Notes: generated by a model from the letters alone, not told the origin. A stretch of 64,000 nt of DNA from Candidatus Micrarchaeota archaeon (GCA_018304295.1 JAGVWK010000001.1:11134-75133); one strand, 5' to 3'. Positions 8,851 to 18,577 are shown, numbered from the stretch's first letter. Numbers and translations: made by a program.

Positions 8851-9597
8851 TTACTCCACATCTATGCGGGGCGCAAGGTAATAGACTATTTTTGCGCTTT
8901 CCACGCCGTATTCTATTTTAACCGGCGCATTGCCCTTAAGGTTTATTGTGAGCGGCTCCATATCAGGGCATGCCTTTATGATGTCTTCAAGGTATTGGAG
9001 CGGGAAAGTCGCGCGCGAGGGCGACTGCACCGTAAGCTCAAGTATTTCCTCCGAGGTTTTTTCGCTTTCCACCTTCAGGTCCGCAAGCTCGCCATGCACT
9101 TCAACGTTGAAGCCGTTTTCGCTTGCGTCAAGGGTTATGTGGGAGGATACAAGCGCAGCATCGCGCAGCGTTTCCTTGAGCTGCCCGCCGGTTATCTTTA
9201 TGAGCGCGGAGTGCGCAATGGAGGGCTCCTTTTGCGCGCCCATTGGAAGCTCAAGTATGGGCACTTTGAAGCTTCTTTTGCGCTTTCCGCTTATGAACTT
9301 GAGCACGAGCTTGTTTTCCTCTTGCGTTACCTCAAGCTGCTCCTTGCCCCTTGTGCGCGCAAGGATTTTTATCAGGGAATCAAAATTTACGCCCACCCTG
9401 TGCAGGCCTTCCACGCTGTATTCGGTAAAAGCAGTGCTTGGCATGAAAAAGCTGATCATTGCTATCTGGGAGGTGTCCATTGCCCGCAAAGAGATGCCGT
9501 CCTTTGAAACTTCAAGCTGCCCCTCGTCAATAAGGTTAACTATCGCGTCAACCGCGTTCTTCCATTTTTTGGCATCCTCTACTACGAAACGGAACAT
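8851..9597 (-). CDS. pcn: DNA polymerase sliding clamp PCNA
   Basis: MFRFVVEDAKKWKNAVDAI N-terminus and a length of 248 aa, with two-domain PCNA-like periodicity. Confidence 0.9.
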   Translation of the reverse strand: MFRFVVEDAKKWKNAVDAIVNLIDEGQLEVSKDGISLRAMDTSQIAMISFFMPSTAFTEYSVEGLHRVGVNFDSLIKILARTRGKEQLEVTQEENKLVLKFISGKRKRSFKVPILELPMGAQKEPSIAHSALIKITGGQLKETLRDAALVSSHITLDASENGFNVEVHGELADLKVESEKTSEEILELTVQSPSRATFPLQYLEDIIKACPDMEPLTINLKGNAPVKIEYGVESAKIVYYLAPRIDVE

Positions 9598-9665
9598 AAA
9601 TTCACCCTCCCAGCCTTAATTATGCTGGTAAATTTTTAATGCAATCGCTTTTCTTGCTGCAGGCA

Positions 9666-10841
9666 TTATTGCCTGTAATAACTCTCGCAGTTCTCAACCG
9701 CAAGCGCAATTGAGGGGTTAAGCGGGCTTGAAAGCGCGAGCTTGAAAAACCCAAGATAGGGAAGCTTGAGCGCAACAACGCCCTTTACGCGTTCGCTTCC
9801 AAATGGCGAGTTCCCAATGGAGCGCGAGTAGTCATATACCTGCATGTCCGCAATCGGGTTGTTGTCCCCTTTTGTGATGTATTTTGTCTCGTTTGCGTAT
9901 GAGAAGCGGGCAACAATGCGGTGCACTATGTCTCCTGAGTATGAAAACAGGTCGCCCTTGTGCGGCTCGTATACCGCAATGTCCTGCGTTGGAATGAGCG
10001 CCTGCCCGCCAAATTTGATTTCCTTTACGCATATCTCGCGCGAAACAAGCGAGTTGCTTCCCTTTGCAATGCGTTCGCAGTATCCGTAGGCGAATTCCAG
10101 CTTCCCGTGGTGCTCTGCAAAGCCGGAAGCGTCATTTGAGAATTCAACGCAAAGCCGCTCTGTGGGGTGCGCAACGCAATAGGAGAAAATTGAGCCGTTG
10201 AAAGAGTAGGAATTGCCCGAATGCGTTACTGTTGCTGCCGGGGTGATGGTGTCAAAATCCTCTTTTGATAGCGCAATTGAGGGCGCATCCGTTTGGTCTG
10301 CCTTAAGAATGAGCAGGTCCCCCCGCTCAAGCGTTGGCACCATGGAGCAGGAAACAACGCCGTTAAATGGCACTTTTGTGCCAAGGAGCAAGCCTATCAA
10401 AAACCATATTGAAAGCGCCCATAATATTGCAAGCACTATTTCGCGCAGCTCGCTTTTAAGCCCGCCCTCAAGGTAGCCTGCAAAGGATTCCGCAAGCACT
10501 ATGAAAAACATCGTAAGGCCGATAAGAACAAGAAAGAGAAGGCTTAGCATTGCGCTGCTTTTAAGAAGCAAAAAAAGCACAAACGCCCCCGCAAGAACGT
10601 AATAGGAAATGCGCTTGTATTTTGAAAGCGTTGCGGCAAGCTTTTTTTCGCTTTCCGTCGGGCTCTTTTTTATGCCTGAAAGAAAGCGAGAGAGCAGCAG
10701 CCACAAGAGCCCCATTCCGGCAAGCGCCCCGAAAGCAAAAGTGTCTGCGGTTGCAAAAGTGTAAATGATGAGAACTGCAAAAAGCGCAAATTCGTAATTT
10801 TCACGAAGCAGGGAAATGTAAGGAGATTCTTTGCTGCCCAT
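9666..10841 (-). CDS. Signal peptidase I (S26 / Sec11-type) with N-terminal polytopic membrane domain and long insertion
   Basis: Ser box SCSMVPTLERGDLL, His box GDIVHRIVA and GDNN box (KGDNNPIAD). About 150 aa of N-terminal TM helices. About 140 aa lie between the Ser and His boxes. Confidence 0.7.
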   Translation of the reverse strand: MGSKESPYISLLRENYEFALFAVLIIYTFATADTFAFGALAGMGLLWLLLSRFLSGIKKSPTESEKKLAATLSKYKRISYYVLAGAFVLFLLLKSSAMLSLLFLVLIGLTMFFIVLAESFAGYLEGGLKSELREIVLAILWALSIWFLIGLLLGTKVPFNGVVSCSMVPTLERGDLLILKADQTDAPSIALSKEDFDTITPAATVTHSGNSYSFNGSIFSYCVAHPTERLCVEFSNDASGFAEHHGKLEFAYGYCERIAKGSNSLVSREICVKEIKFGGQALIPTQDIAVYEPHKGDLFSYSGDIVHRIVARFSYANETKYITKGDNNPIADMQVYDYSRSIGNSPFGSERVKGVVALKLPYLGFFKLALSSPLNPSIALAVENCESYYRQ

Positions 10842-10867
10842 GTAATCGCTGCCCTGCGGGATTTAGG

Positions 10868-11167
10868 TTACTTTTTCTTCTTGGATTCTGAAGGCTTTTT
10901 GGCGCTTTTAAGCTCCTCCTTGAAGTCGCCTGCCATTTTGCGCAGCTTCTTTGAGGCGTCCTTTATTGCGGCAATGGGGGAGCCGCTTTTGGTGCGCACA
11001 AAAATGTGCGGCGAGGCGACCTGCGGGTGCGGCTGGAGCGCTGCCGCAAACGTTACGTTCTTGTCAAGTATGAGAAGCTCGCGCAGCGCGTTTGCAAAGC
11101 CCTGCTCCTCCCCTTCAAGCTCAAGCTCCACATAATTTTCTTCCTGTGCGATTATTTTCAGGTTCAT
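10868..11167 (-). CDS. rpoL: DNA-directed RNA polymerase subunit L (Rpb11 homolog)
   Basis: MNLKIIAQEENYVELELEGEEQGFANALRELLI matches RpoL. Overlaps the csl4 stop by 4 nt. Confidence 0.85.
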   Translation of the reverse strand: MNLKIIAQEENYVELELEGEEQGFANALRELLILDKNVTFAAALQPHPQVASPHIFVRTKSGSPIAAIKDASKKLRKMAGDFKEELKSAKKPSESKKKK

Positions 11168-11730
11168 ATGCTCACGCTCCTATAGTCTGATGCAAGTTTG
11201 CGGTTTTCCTTGTTGCCGCAGGATGAGCATGAAAGCGCGCCGCCCAAAAGCGCAAGAGGGTGGCGGCATTTTATGCAGAACGCCTTTAATACCCCGAATT
11301 CCGCCCCTTCGGTTGAAACGTGTATTTCCCCTTGGCGTATCTCGGAAATTTTTGCGCGCACAATGTCCCCTATGCGCAGCTCGTCGCGCACGTTTTTCAC
11401 AAAGCCGTCCTTTATGCGCGATGCGTGCAGCACGCAGTTGTCAGGCAGCTGCGCAAAGCGCACGTTGCCGCCCTGAATTGGAAGCACGCTTATGAGCGCT
11501 ATTGGCTCAACCACGTTTTCCACCCGCCCAAGAACTACTGAGCCGGAACGGAGGCTGGAAAGTAGGTTGCGCCTTGAAACGGAAAGTGAGCGGTCCTCCT
11601 CAGAAAGCATTCCTGCCGCGCTTGAGCGTATCTCTTCGCCCTCCACGTAGGTGCCAAGCCCGGGGACAAACTCCTCCTCCGTGCCCATGGATTCGCCGGG
11701 TATCACGTGTTTTCCTTTAATGTTTGCCAT
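11164..11730 (-). CDS. csl4: Exosome complex RNA-binding protein Csl4
   Basis: Central S1-like fold followed by a C-terminal zinc ribbon (CIKCRHP...CSSCG). Sits in the conserved csl4-rpoL arrangement. Confidence 0.8.
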   Translation of the reverse strand: MANIKGKHVIPGESMGTEEEFVPGLGTYVEGEEIRSSAAGMLSEEDRSLSVSRRNLLSSLRSGSVVLGRVENVVEPIALISVLPIQGGNVRFAQLPDNCVLHASRIKDGFVKNVRDELRIGDIVRAKISEIRQGEIHVSTEGAEFGVLKAFCIKCRHPLALLGGALSCSSCGNKENRKLASDYRSVSI

Positions 11731-11818
11731 TTTACCAGCCCAAAATTAGCGCAACTGCCAAAATCTACTGCATTGAATCCTCAATAAATATTTAAATAGC
11801 TTTACCCCAATTCACCTC

Positions 11819-13057
11819 ATGGTCAAAAAGAGCAAGCTTGTGCTTTGCATTGACAGGGATAACGATTTATACGAGAAGGCAAAGATATCCGGGCCCGTGA
11901 TAGGCAGGGAGGCGAACTTTGAGGCTGCAAACAAGCTCATAATGGCGGACGCAAGCGAAGTGGATGCGAATGCTATGTTCCGCGCAGTAAAGCTTTACGA
12001 CGAGCTTTTAAAGGAATACAACGTGCAGATAGCCACGCTTACGGGCAACGCGAAGCTTGGGATAGCGGCTGACAACGAGGTGTCCGAGCAGCTTGAGCGC
12101 GTATTGGCGGAATTCCCCGCAGAAAGCTGCATTTTCGTGTCAGACGGGGCGTCGGACGAGCAGATGATGCCAATAATCCGCTCAAGGCTGAAAATTGATT
12201 CTGTTGACCTGCTTGTGATAAAACAGGCAAAGGAGCTTGAGAAGACGTACGTTGTGCTGCTTGACAAGCTCAAGGACCCGTATTTCGCGCGGCTGTTTTT
12301 CGGCGTGCCCGCGATTATTTTGCTGCTTTTGGCAGTTTCAAGGTGGATGGAGCTTGGATGGGAGCCCGTAGTGTTCATTGTGGGGCTGTTCCTTCTCATA
12401 CGCGGCTTTGGGATAGACGACAAAGTGTCCGGTGTTTTCAGCAGCTTCAAGTTTTCCATTGAGAACATAAGCCTTAGCATTTACCTGCTTGCGTTCGTGT
12501 TTTTCATAATATCAATAGGAATAGGATATCAGGGGTACGAGCAGGCGCGCGCGGAAAGGCTTGATTTGGTGAAAACAATTGCCGCTGCAATGCGCAGCAC
12601 TCTGCTGCTTCTTCCTTGGTCAGTACTGCTTCTGATAATAGGCAGGACCGTTGATTTGCTCAATGACGGCAGGAAGCTTGAAATAAGCAAATTCGGCCTC
12701 TACGCGGTTTCAACCGTGCTTCTTTGGCTCATACTCTCAGTTGCGACCGACTGGGTGCTCAATACCGGGGAGCCATACGTATCTTTTGGGGATTTTGCGT
12801 TTGTGATAGTGGCAAGCGTGGTGTTTGCAGCCCTTAGCTCTCACGTGCTGCGGCTGATAAAAATAAGCGTTGTGGGAAAAATGAAGCTCGAGAACAAGGA
12901 AATGTTCACTGACACCGGCGTGTACATGGGCAAGGTGATAGGCGTGGATGCCAAAAACTCCGCCATTGTTGTGCGCTCGCCCTTGGGGCAGAAATTCAAC
13001 GTTGGGCTTGACATTGTGAACGCCGTTACGGATAGGATTTACGTAAGCTACGGCTGA
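11819..13057 (+). CDS. DUF373-family archaeal membrane protein
   Basis: LVLCIDRDNDL...GPVIGRE N-terminal cytoplasmic domain followed by multiple TM helices. A TATA-like AAATATTTAAATA lies upstream. Confidence 0.7.
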   Translation: MVKKSKLVLCIDRDNDLYEKAKISGPVIGREANFEAANKLIMADASEVDANAMFRAVKLYDELLKEYNVQIATLTGNAKLGIAADNEVSEQLERVLAEFPAESCIFVSDGASDEQMMPIIRSRLKIDSVDLLVIKQAKELEKTYVVLLDKLKDPYFARLFFGVPAIILLLLAVSRWMELGWEPVVFIVGLFLLIRGFGIDDKVSGVFSSFKFSIENISLSIYLLAFVFFIISIGIGYQGYEQARAERLDLVKTIAAAMRSTLLLLPWSVLLLIIGRTVDLLNDGRKLEISKFGLYAVSTVLLWLILSVATDWVLNTGEPYVSFGDFAFVIVASVVFAALSSHVLRLIKISVVGKMKLENKEMFTDTGVYMGKVIGVDAKNSAIVVRSPLGQKFNVGLDIVNAVTDRIYVSYG

Positions 13058-13097
13058 GCATACCATTGTGGAAATCGTTTTCCTGTTCGTTCCTGTG

Positions 13098-13135
13098 CGT
13101 GAATTACCCACGGCTTCAGCCGTGGGTAATTCACG
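13098..13135. repeat. Perfect 17-bp inverted repeat with 4-nt loop (CGTGAATTACCCACGGC-TTCA-GCCGTGGGTAATTCACG)
   Basis: Read directly from the sequence. Lies 41 nt after the DUF373 stop and about 250 nt before the uvrB start. No oligo-T follows. Confidence 0.9.
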
Positions 13136-13388
13136 TATATGGATGTTATTTCCCTTGAGCTGCGCTCTACTGCGTCTCTTGTATCGCGCACCTGCCGGCT
13201 CCTGTCCGGTGGGCTGAAAGCAGGCGGCACATATGTTATTGCTTGCATGTGCTATTTATGGCAGTTTATGAATTTAAATGTATGCCTCAAAAGCGCATGC
13301 GCAAAGCGCTGGAAAAACCCGACCGGAAAGCCGCTTGCACAAAGCCGCTTGCGAATTGTTTATTTACCAAGGCTGCGCAAATATTGCC

Positions 13389-15368
13389 ATGGCGCTTTTC
13401 TCAAGCCTGCAAAAGTATTCCCTTGAATGTGGCTACTCTCCGGCAGGGGACCAGCCGCAGGCAATTGAAAAGCTCGTGCAGGGAGTGCAAAGAGGTGAAT
13501 TGCAGACGCTGCTTGGGGTTACGGGTTCCGGGAAAACCTTCACTATTGCAAACGTGCTTGAGAAAACAGGCAAGACCGCGCTTGTCATCTCGCACAACAA
13601 GACGCTGGCTGCGCAGCTGTATTATGAGTTCCAGAATTTTTTCCCAAAAAACAAGGTCGGGTATTTTGTTTCCTTTTACGACTATTACCAGCCCGAAAGC
13701 TACATACCGCAGACTGACACCTACATAGAAAAGGACGCGCAGGCAAATGAGAAGATTGAGAAAATGCGCCTTGCTGCAACCGCAAACCTCTTTACGCCGG
13801 GTCCAAGCGTGATAGTTTCCACCGTTTCCTGCATCTACGGGCTTGGCTCGCCGCAGGAGTGGCAGGGCATGTCGGCTGTTTTTGAAAAGGGAAGCGTTGT
13901 GCCCCGCTCATCTTTGCTTGCAAAGCTCATTTCAATGCAATACGAGCGCAATGATGTTGAGCTCAAAAGCGGCACGTTTAGGGCAAGGGGGGACACGGTG
14001 GAAGTGGTGCCGGGCTATACTGACGAGGTAGTGCGCATATCCCTTGACGGGGACACCATTGAAAAAATAACCGTGTGCGAGCCCGTCTCAATGGATGCAA
14101 AAGTGAGCGTGCAAAGCATCCGCATATTCCCTGCGCGCCATTACATGGTGCCCGAGGGCGAAAAGCAAAAGGCGCTGCGCAACATACGTGTTGAGCTGGA
14201 AGGGCGGCTTTTGGAGCTTGGGGACCTTGAGGCGCACCGGCTTAAGACACGGACGAATTACGACCTTGAGCTTATAGAGGAGCTTGGGTACTGCAACGGA
14301 ATAGAGAACTATTCCATGCATTTTGACGGAAGAAGCCCGGGGCAGCCGCCCTATACGCTCATGGACTTTTTGCCCAAGGATGCGCTCATTGTAATTGACG
14401 AGTCGCACGTAACCCTGCCACAATTGCATGGGATGTACAAGGGCGATTACACAAGGAAAAAGTCCCTTGTGGAATACGGCTTTCGCCTCCCGTGCGCATT
14501 TGACAACCGCCCGCTGAAATTTGAGGAGTTTGAAAAATATCTTAAAAATGCGATTTTTGTTTCTGCTACGCCGGCAGAATATGAAAGGGCAAAAAGCGCG
14601 CACATAGTTGAGCAGCTTGTGCGCCCCACGGGCCTTGTGGACCCTCAAATAGAGGTGCGCAAAACGCATGGGCAAATGGAAAACCTCATAGGGGAGGTGA
14701 GGGCAAGGGCACAGAAAAACGAGCGCACCCTGATAACGACCATTACAAAAAGGATGGCTGAGGACCTTACGGATTATCTTGCGTCGCACGGGGTAAATGT
14801 GCGCTACTTGCATTCCGAAGTGGAAACTTTGCAGCGCACTGAAATAATACGCCAGCTTAGATTGGGGGAGTTTGACTGCCTTGTGGGGATAAATTTGCTG
14901 CGCGAGGGGCTTGACATACCCGAAGTTTCCCTTGTTGCGATTCTGGATGCCGACAAGGAAGGGTTTTTGAGGACGGATATTTCCCTTATACAAACATCCG
15001 GCAGGGCTGCGCGCAATGCCGGCGGCTTTGTGATAATGTATGCGGACAGGATTACGGGCGCAATGCAAAAGGCGATTGAAGAGACCGGAAGAAGAAGGGC
15101 AGTGCAGGTTGAATACAACAGGGAACACGGGATTGTGCCGCGCACAATACAAAAGGCAATTGCGCCAAAAAGCGTGGAGCTGAAAGTTGGAAAGCACCTC
15201 TCAAAGCCGGAATTGAACAGGCTTGCAATAGAGCTTGAGGCAAAAATGAAATCCGCTGCCGAGGAGCTGGACTTTGAAGAGGCGATAAAGGCGCGCGAGG
15301 GGCTTGCGCAGATAAACGGGATGCTGGAGGAAAAGGAGGAAGGCAGGAAGCACAAAAAAGCAAAATAA
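13389..15368 (+). CDS. uvrB: Excinuclease ABC subunit B (UvrB)
   Basis: GDQPQAIEKL...LLGVTGSGKTFT Walker A, YYQPESY and beta-hairpin region, helicase motifs, and a C-terminal UvrB/UvrC-interaction helix (LDFEEAIKAREG). The ORF-track start at 13278 was trimmed to the conserved N-terminus. Confidence 0.9.
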   Translation: MALFSSLQKYSLECGYSPAGDQPQAIEKLVQGVQRGELQTLLGVTGSGKTFTIANVLEKTGKTALVISHNKTLAAQLYYEFQNFFPKNKVGYFVSFYDYYQPESYIPQTDTYIEKDAQANEKIEKMRLAATANLFTPGPSVIVSTVSCIYGLGSPQEWQGMSAVFEKGSVVPRSSLLAKLISMQYERNDVELKSGTFRARGDTVEVVPGYTDEVVRISLDGDTIEKITVCEPVSMDAKVSVQSIRIFPARHYMVPEGEKQKALRNIRVELEGRLLELGDLEAHRLKTRTNYDLELIEELGYCNGIENYSMHFDGRSPGQPPYTLMDFLPKDALIVIDESHVTLPQLHGMYKGDYTRKKSLVEYGFRLPCAFDNRPLKFEEFEKYLKNAIFVSATPAEYERAKSAHIVEQLVRPTGLVDPQIEVRKTHGQMENLIGEVRARAQKNERTLITTITKRMAEDLTDYLASHGVNVRYLHSEVETLQRTEIIRQLRLGEFDCLVGINLLREGLDIPEVSLVAILDADKEGFLRTDISLIQTSGRAARNAGGFVIMYADRITGAMQKAIEETGRRRAVQVEYNREHGIVPRTIQKAIAPKSVELKVGKHLSKPELNRLAIELEAKMKSAAEELDFEEAIKAREGLAQINGMLEEKEEGRKHKKAK

Positions 15369-15383
15369 TGAAAGGAATTATAA

Positions 15384-15947
15384 ATGTCGGCGCAAAGTGC
15401 TTTTCATATGGCAAAAAAACCCGCCAAAAAGCCGGCCGGCAGCAAATATGCGGGCGCTGCAAAAAGTCGGGCTATTGGGCACGCGCCCAAAAACAAGGGC
15501 AAGAGCTGGGGAAAAAAGCCGCTTAAAAGCGGGTATAAGCGCCTTGGGATGCTCGTTGCGCTTGCAATGGCTGTTTCGCTTCTTGAGGTTGCGCTTATTT
15601 TTGCGCGCATCCTGCCCCCTATTGCTTCGTATTCGTGGGGCAACGTGCTTTTCATGCTTGCAAGGATAGGCATTGTAGTTTACACAGGAGTTGCATTTGC
15701 AAAGCCGGACTTGAGGGTCTCATTCATAAACGGTGCGACGGTTTCCTTTGCAGCCTCCTTTGCGATGTGCGTTGGCGCAATAGTCGGATTTTTGCATGTG
15801 CACAAGCCCGTGCTTGGAATTGTTATATGGGACAGCGGTTTCCTGCAAATCCTTATTGTGATTATAATGGCAGCCAACACGCTGATAGGGACGCTTATTG
15901 CAGGGATTGCCGGATGGGTTGCAAGAAAGGCAGGGATTGTTAAGTAG
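15384..15947 (+). CDS. Hypothetical membrane protein with basic N-terminal tail
   Basis: KKPAKKPAG...KNKGKSWGKKPLK tail followed by 4 predicted TM helices. Confidence 0.45.
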   Translation: MSAQSAFHMAKKPAKKPAGSKYAGAAKSRAIGHAPKNKGKSWGKKPLKSGYKRLGMLVALAMAVSLLEVALIFARILPPIASYSWGNVLFMLARIGIVVYTGVAFAKPDLRVSFINGATVSFAASFAMCVGAIVGFLHVHKPVLGIVIWDSGFLQILIVIIMAANTLIGTLIAGIAGWVARKAGIVK

Positions 15948-15968
15948 GAATTGGCGGCTTTATGGGGT

Positions 15969-17003
15969 TTATTGCTGCTGCGCATTTTCAGCAGCGCGGC
16001 GCACGCGCTCCATTACCGCCCGCCCTGCGCCCTTTTCCTCTATTTCGCAAAAATATATGCGCCCGTATTTTTTCTCTGAGTCGCGCAGCGCCTCAAAAAG
16101 CCGGTGCGCGGCATCCTGCCCGTCGCGAAAATGCAAAAAATACTGGAATTGGCCTGCAAGCTGCGCAACTATTTCCTTTGGGAAGTTCGGCCCGAAAAAA
16201 AGCGCGCGGCTTTCCCCCGGCTTAAGGCCAGATGCAAAAGTGCGAAAGTCCTTTTCTTTCACGATTATTACGGGCACCGAGGGTGCATAGTGGCGGTACT
16301 TTGTGCCCGGGGAAAGCGCCGGCGACTGCTCCCCGTGCACGCCCCTTGCGATTTTCACGCCCGCAAGCAGTTTTTGCAGCTTTTCAAACGGGAAGCCCCC
16401 TAGGCGAAGCACTAAAGGCGTGCCCGCAAGGGACACCACTGTTGATTCAACCCCTATTTTCGCGCGCCCGCCGTCAAGTATGAGCTGCACTTTTTCCCCG
16501 AAATCCTCAAGCACGTGCGCCGCGCTTGTGGGGGAGGGGCGGCCTGAAACGTTTGCGCTTGGGGCTGCGATTGGAACGCCCGCCCTCCTTATGAGCGCAA
16601 GCGCGGTTTTCTCGGCGGGCATGCGCACCGCAACAGTCCCAAGCCCGCCGCTCACAATGGAGGGTATTGCGCTTTTTTTCTCAAATATTATCGTAAGTGG
16701 GCCAGGCCAGCATTTTTTTGCAAGCAGAAGGGATTTGGGGCTCGTGTGCGCAATTTTTTGCAGCATGCGCAGGGAGCAGATATGCACTATGAGGGGATTG
16801 TCCGCAGGGCGGCCCTTCAGGGAGAAGATTTTTTCAACCGCCTTTGCATCAAGGGCGTTTGCGCCAAGCCCGTAAACTGTTTCCGTGGGGAAAGCGACCA
16901 CTTCGCCCTCCAGTATCAGCCTTGCTGCCAGGCTTATGGACGCGCTGCTGGGCTTCATGACAGCTGTTGTGTTTTCTTGGGCGCCTTTTGCTTTCATGGG
17001 CAT
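15969..17003 (-). CDS. sua5: L-threonylcarbamoyladenylate synthase Sua5/TsaC (YrdC + Sua5 domains)
   Basis: VVAFPTETVYGLGANA YrdC signature with a C-terminal Sua5 domain. The true start may be the internal MKPSS (16958). Confidence 0.85.
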   Translation of the reverse strand: MPMKAKGAQENTTAVMKPSSASISLAARLILEGEVVAFPTETVYGLGANALDAKAVEKIFSLKGRPADNPLIVHICSLRMLQKIAHTSPKSLLLAKKCWPGPLTIIFEKKSAIPSIVSGGLGTVAVRMPAEKTALALIRRAGVPIAAPSANVSGRPSPTSAAHVLEDFGEKVQLILDGGRAKIGVESTVVSLAGTPLVLRLGGFPFEKLQKLLAGVKIARGVHGEQSPALSPGTKYRHYAPSVPVIIVKEKDFRTFASGLKPGESRALFFGPNFPKEIVAQLAGQFQYFLHFRDGQDAAHRLFEALRDSEKKYGRIYFCEIEEKGAGRAVMERVRRAAENAQQQ

Positions 17004-17107
17004 ATTTTGAGGGTTAATTATTTATCCTATTGCCCCGGATGCCCATGGGATGCCAGTGGGTTTTTATTGCCCGCTTCCCATAAGGATGTGTTATTTTTGG
17101 CGGTTTT

Positions 17108-18565
17108 ATGCGCACGGATATAGAAAGGCTGAATGCTGCGGGGCTGCGCCTTGCAAGCGACGCGCACCAGCTTCTTGAAGGCAGGGCGGATGCAAAGGAG
17201 ATAGTGGACAGGCTGCTTGGCGCAAACCTTGTTTTTGTTTCAAAAGAGGACGTTGAAAAGGAGATGGCGCAGCAAAGCAAGATTCCAATGCCGGTTGAGG
17301 TGGCAAGGGAGCCGTCTTTTAAGCCGGCTGCAAAAGACCTGCAGCCGCACGTCAAGGTGGTGCAGGACGAGGACGTGAGCGGAAAATCCCGCTGCAGGGG
17401 CACAATGGACGATTTTGTTTCGTATTTTCGCAACCGATTTGAGCGCATGCGCAGCCTTCTTCGCACCCGCACAACAACAAACCCGTTTGTGAAAACAACG
17501 AACCTTAAGCGCAATCTCTTCCAAAAGGGCGTGCTTGTTGCAATGGTGATTGAAAAGCGCATCACAAAAAAAGGCGACATGGTGATAGAGGTTGAGGATG
17601 ACGAGGGGCAGGCGCTTGTTTTTGTGAGCGCAAAGGAAAAATGCTTCAAGGATGCAAAAGGGCTCCTTAACGACGACGTTGTCGCGTTTGAGGGGAAAAT
17701 AACCGAAACCTTCCTTATTGCGGAGGGCATAATGTGGCCTGACCTGCCTGTCCTGAAGGAACGAAGCTATGCGAAAAACGACGTTGCAATAGTGTATTTG
17801 TCGGATTTGCACATAGGAAGCAAGTTTTTCCTTGAAAAGGAATTCCTCAGGTTTGTTTCATGGCTTAAGGGAAACGAGGGCAATGAGCAGCTTGCGGGCA
17901 AGGTGAAATACATTGAGATAGCCGGGGACATTGTGGACGGGATAGGAGTGTACCCATCGCAGGAAAAAGAGCTTGTTGTTCGCGACATATTCAAGCAGTA
18001 TGACATGTTCGCAAGGCTCATGGAAGAGATACCGGATTATATCACCATAATTGCGTCGCCGGGAAACCACGACGCGGTAAGAAGGGCTGAGCCGCAGCCG
18101 CAGCTTCCTTCCGACATACTAAAGGAATCGCGCGTGCTTTCGGTTGGCAGCCCCTCACGCCTTGACATAGAGGGCATGAGGCACCTTGTCTACCATGGGA
18201 CGTCCCTTGATTCCATAATTTCAGGCATTTGTGGCCTGTCGTATTCAAAGCCCGAAGAGCCCATGCTTGAGCTGCTCAAAAGAAGGCACCTTTCCCCGGT
18301 ATATGGAAGCAACCCGATAGTGCCTGAAGGAAGGGATTATATGGTGATAAACGACGAGCCGGACGTTGTGCACATGGGGCACATACACAAGAACGGCTCA
18401 ATGCTTTACCGCGGCACATTGCTGCTGAACTCCGGCACGTTTCAGGCGCGCACTGAGTTCCAGATAAGGATGGGGCACGTCCCCTCTCCGTGCATTGTGC
18501 CAATACTTGAGGCGCAAAGCGGAAAGCTCACGCACATTTCATTCAAGGCGGAGGAAAGCAAATAA
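17108..18565 (+). CDS. polB: DNA polymerase II small subunit (PolD DP1, exonuclease)
   Basis: Calcineurin-like phosphoesterase motifs (VYLSDLHIGS, GDIVDG, GNHD, GHIH) with a DP1-type N-terminal region. Confidence 0.9.
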   Translation: MRTDIERLNAAGLRLASDAHQLLEGRADAKEIVDRLLGANLVFVSKEDVEKEMAQQSKIPMPVEVAREPSFKPAAKDLQPHVKVVQDEDVSGKSRCRGTMDDFVSYFRNRFERMRSLLRTRTTTNPFVKTTNLKRNLFQKGVLVAMVIEKRITKKGDMVIEVEDDEGQALVFVSAKEKCFKDAKGLLNDDVVAFEGKITETFLIAEGIMWPDLPVLKERSYAKNDVAIVYLSDLHIGSKFFLEKEFLRFVSWLKGNEGNEQLAGKVKYIEIAGDIVDGIGVYPSQEKELVVRDIFKQYDMFARLMEEIPDYITIIASPGNHDAVRRAEPQPQLPSDILKESRVLSVGSPSRLDIEGMRHLVYHGTSLDSIISGICGLSYSKPEEPMLELLKRRHLSPVYGSNPIVPEGRDYMVINDEPDVVHMGHIHKNGSMLYRGTLLLNSGTFQARTEFQIRMGHVPSPCIVPILEAQSGKLTHISFKAEESK

Positions 18566-18577
18566 GCGGATGAAAAT

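Noticed and set aside
14088-15197. A 369-aa minus-strand ORF, and many other long antisense ORFs (for example 8791-9507 +, 18992-19732 -, 34607-35398 -, 48908-49672 -).
   Set aside because: Each lies entirely antisense to a strongly supported conserved gene (UvrB, PCNA, PolD DP2, ValRS, LeuRS) and has low-complexity Arg/Ala/Pro-rich translations typical of GC-rich antisense frames.
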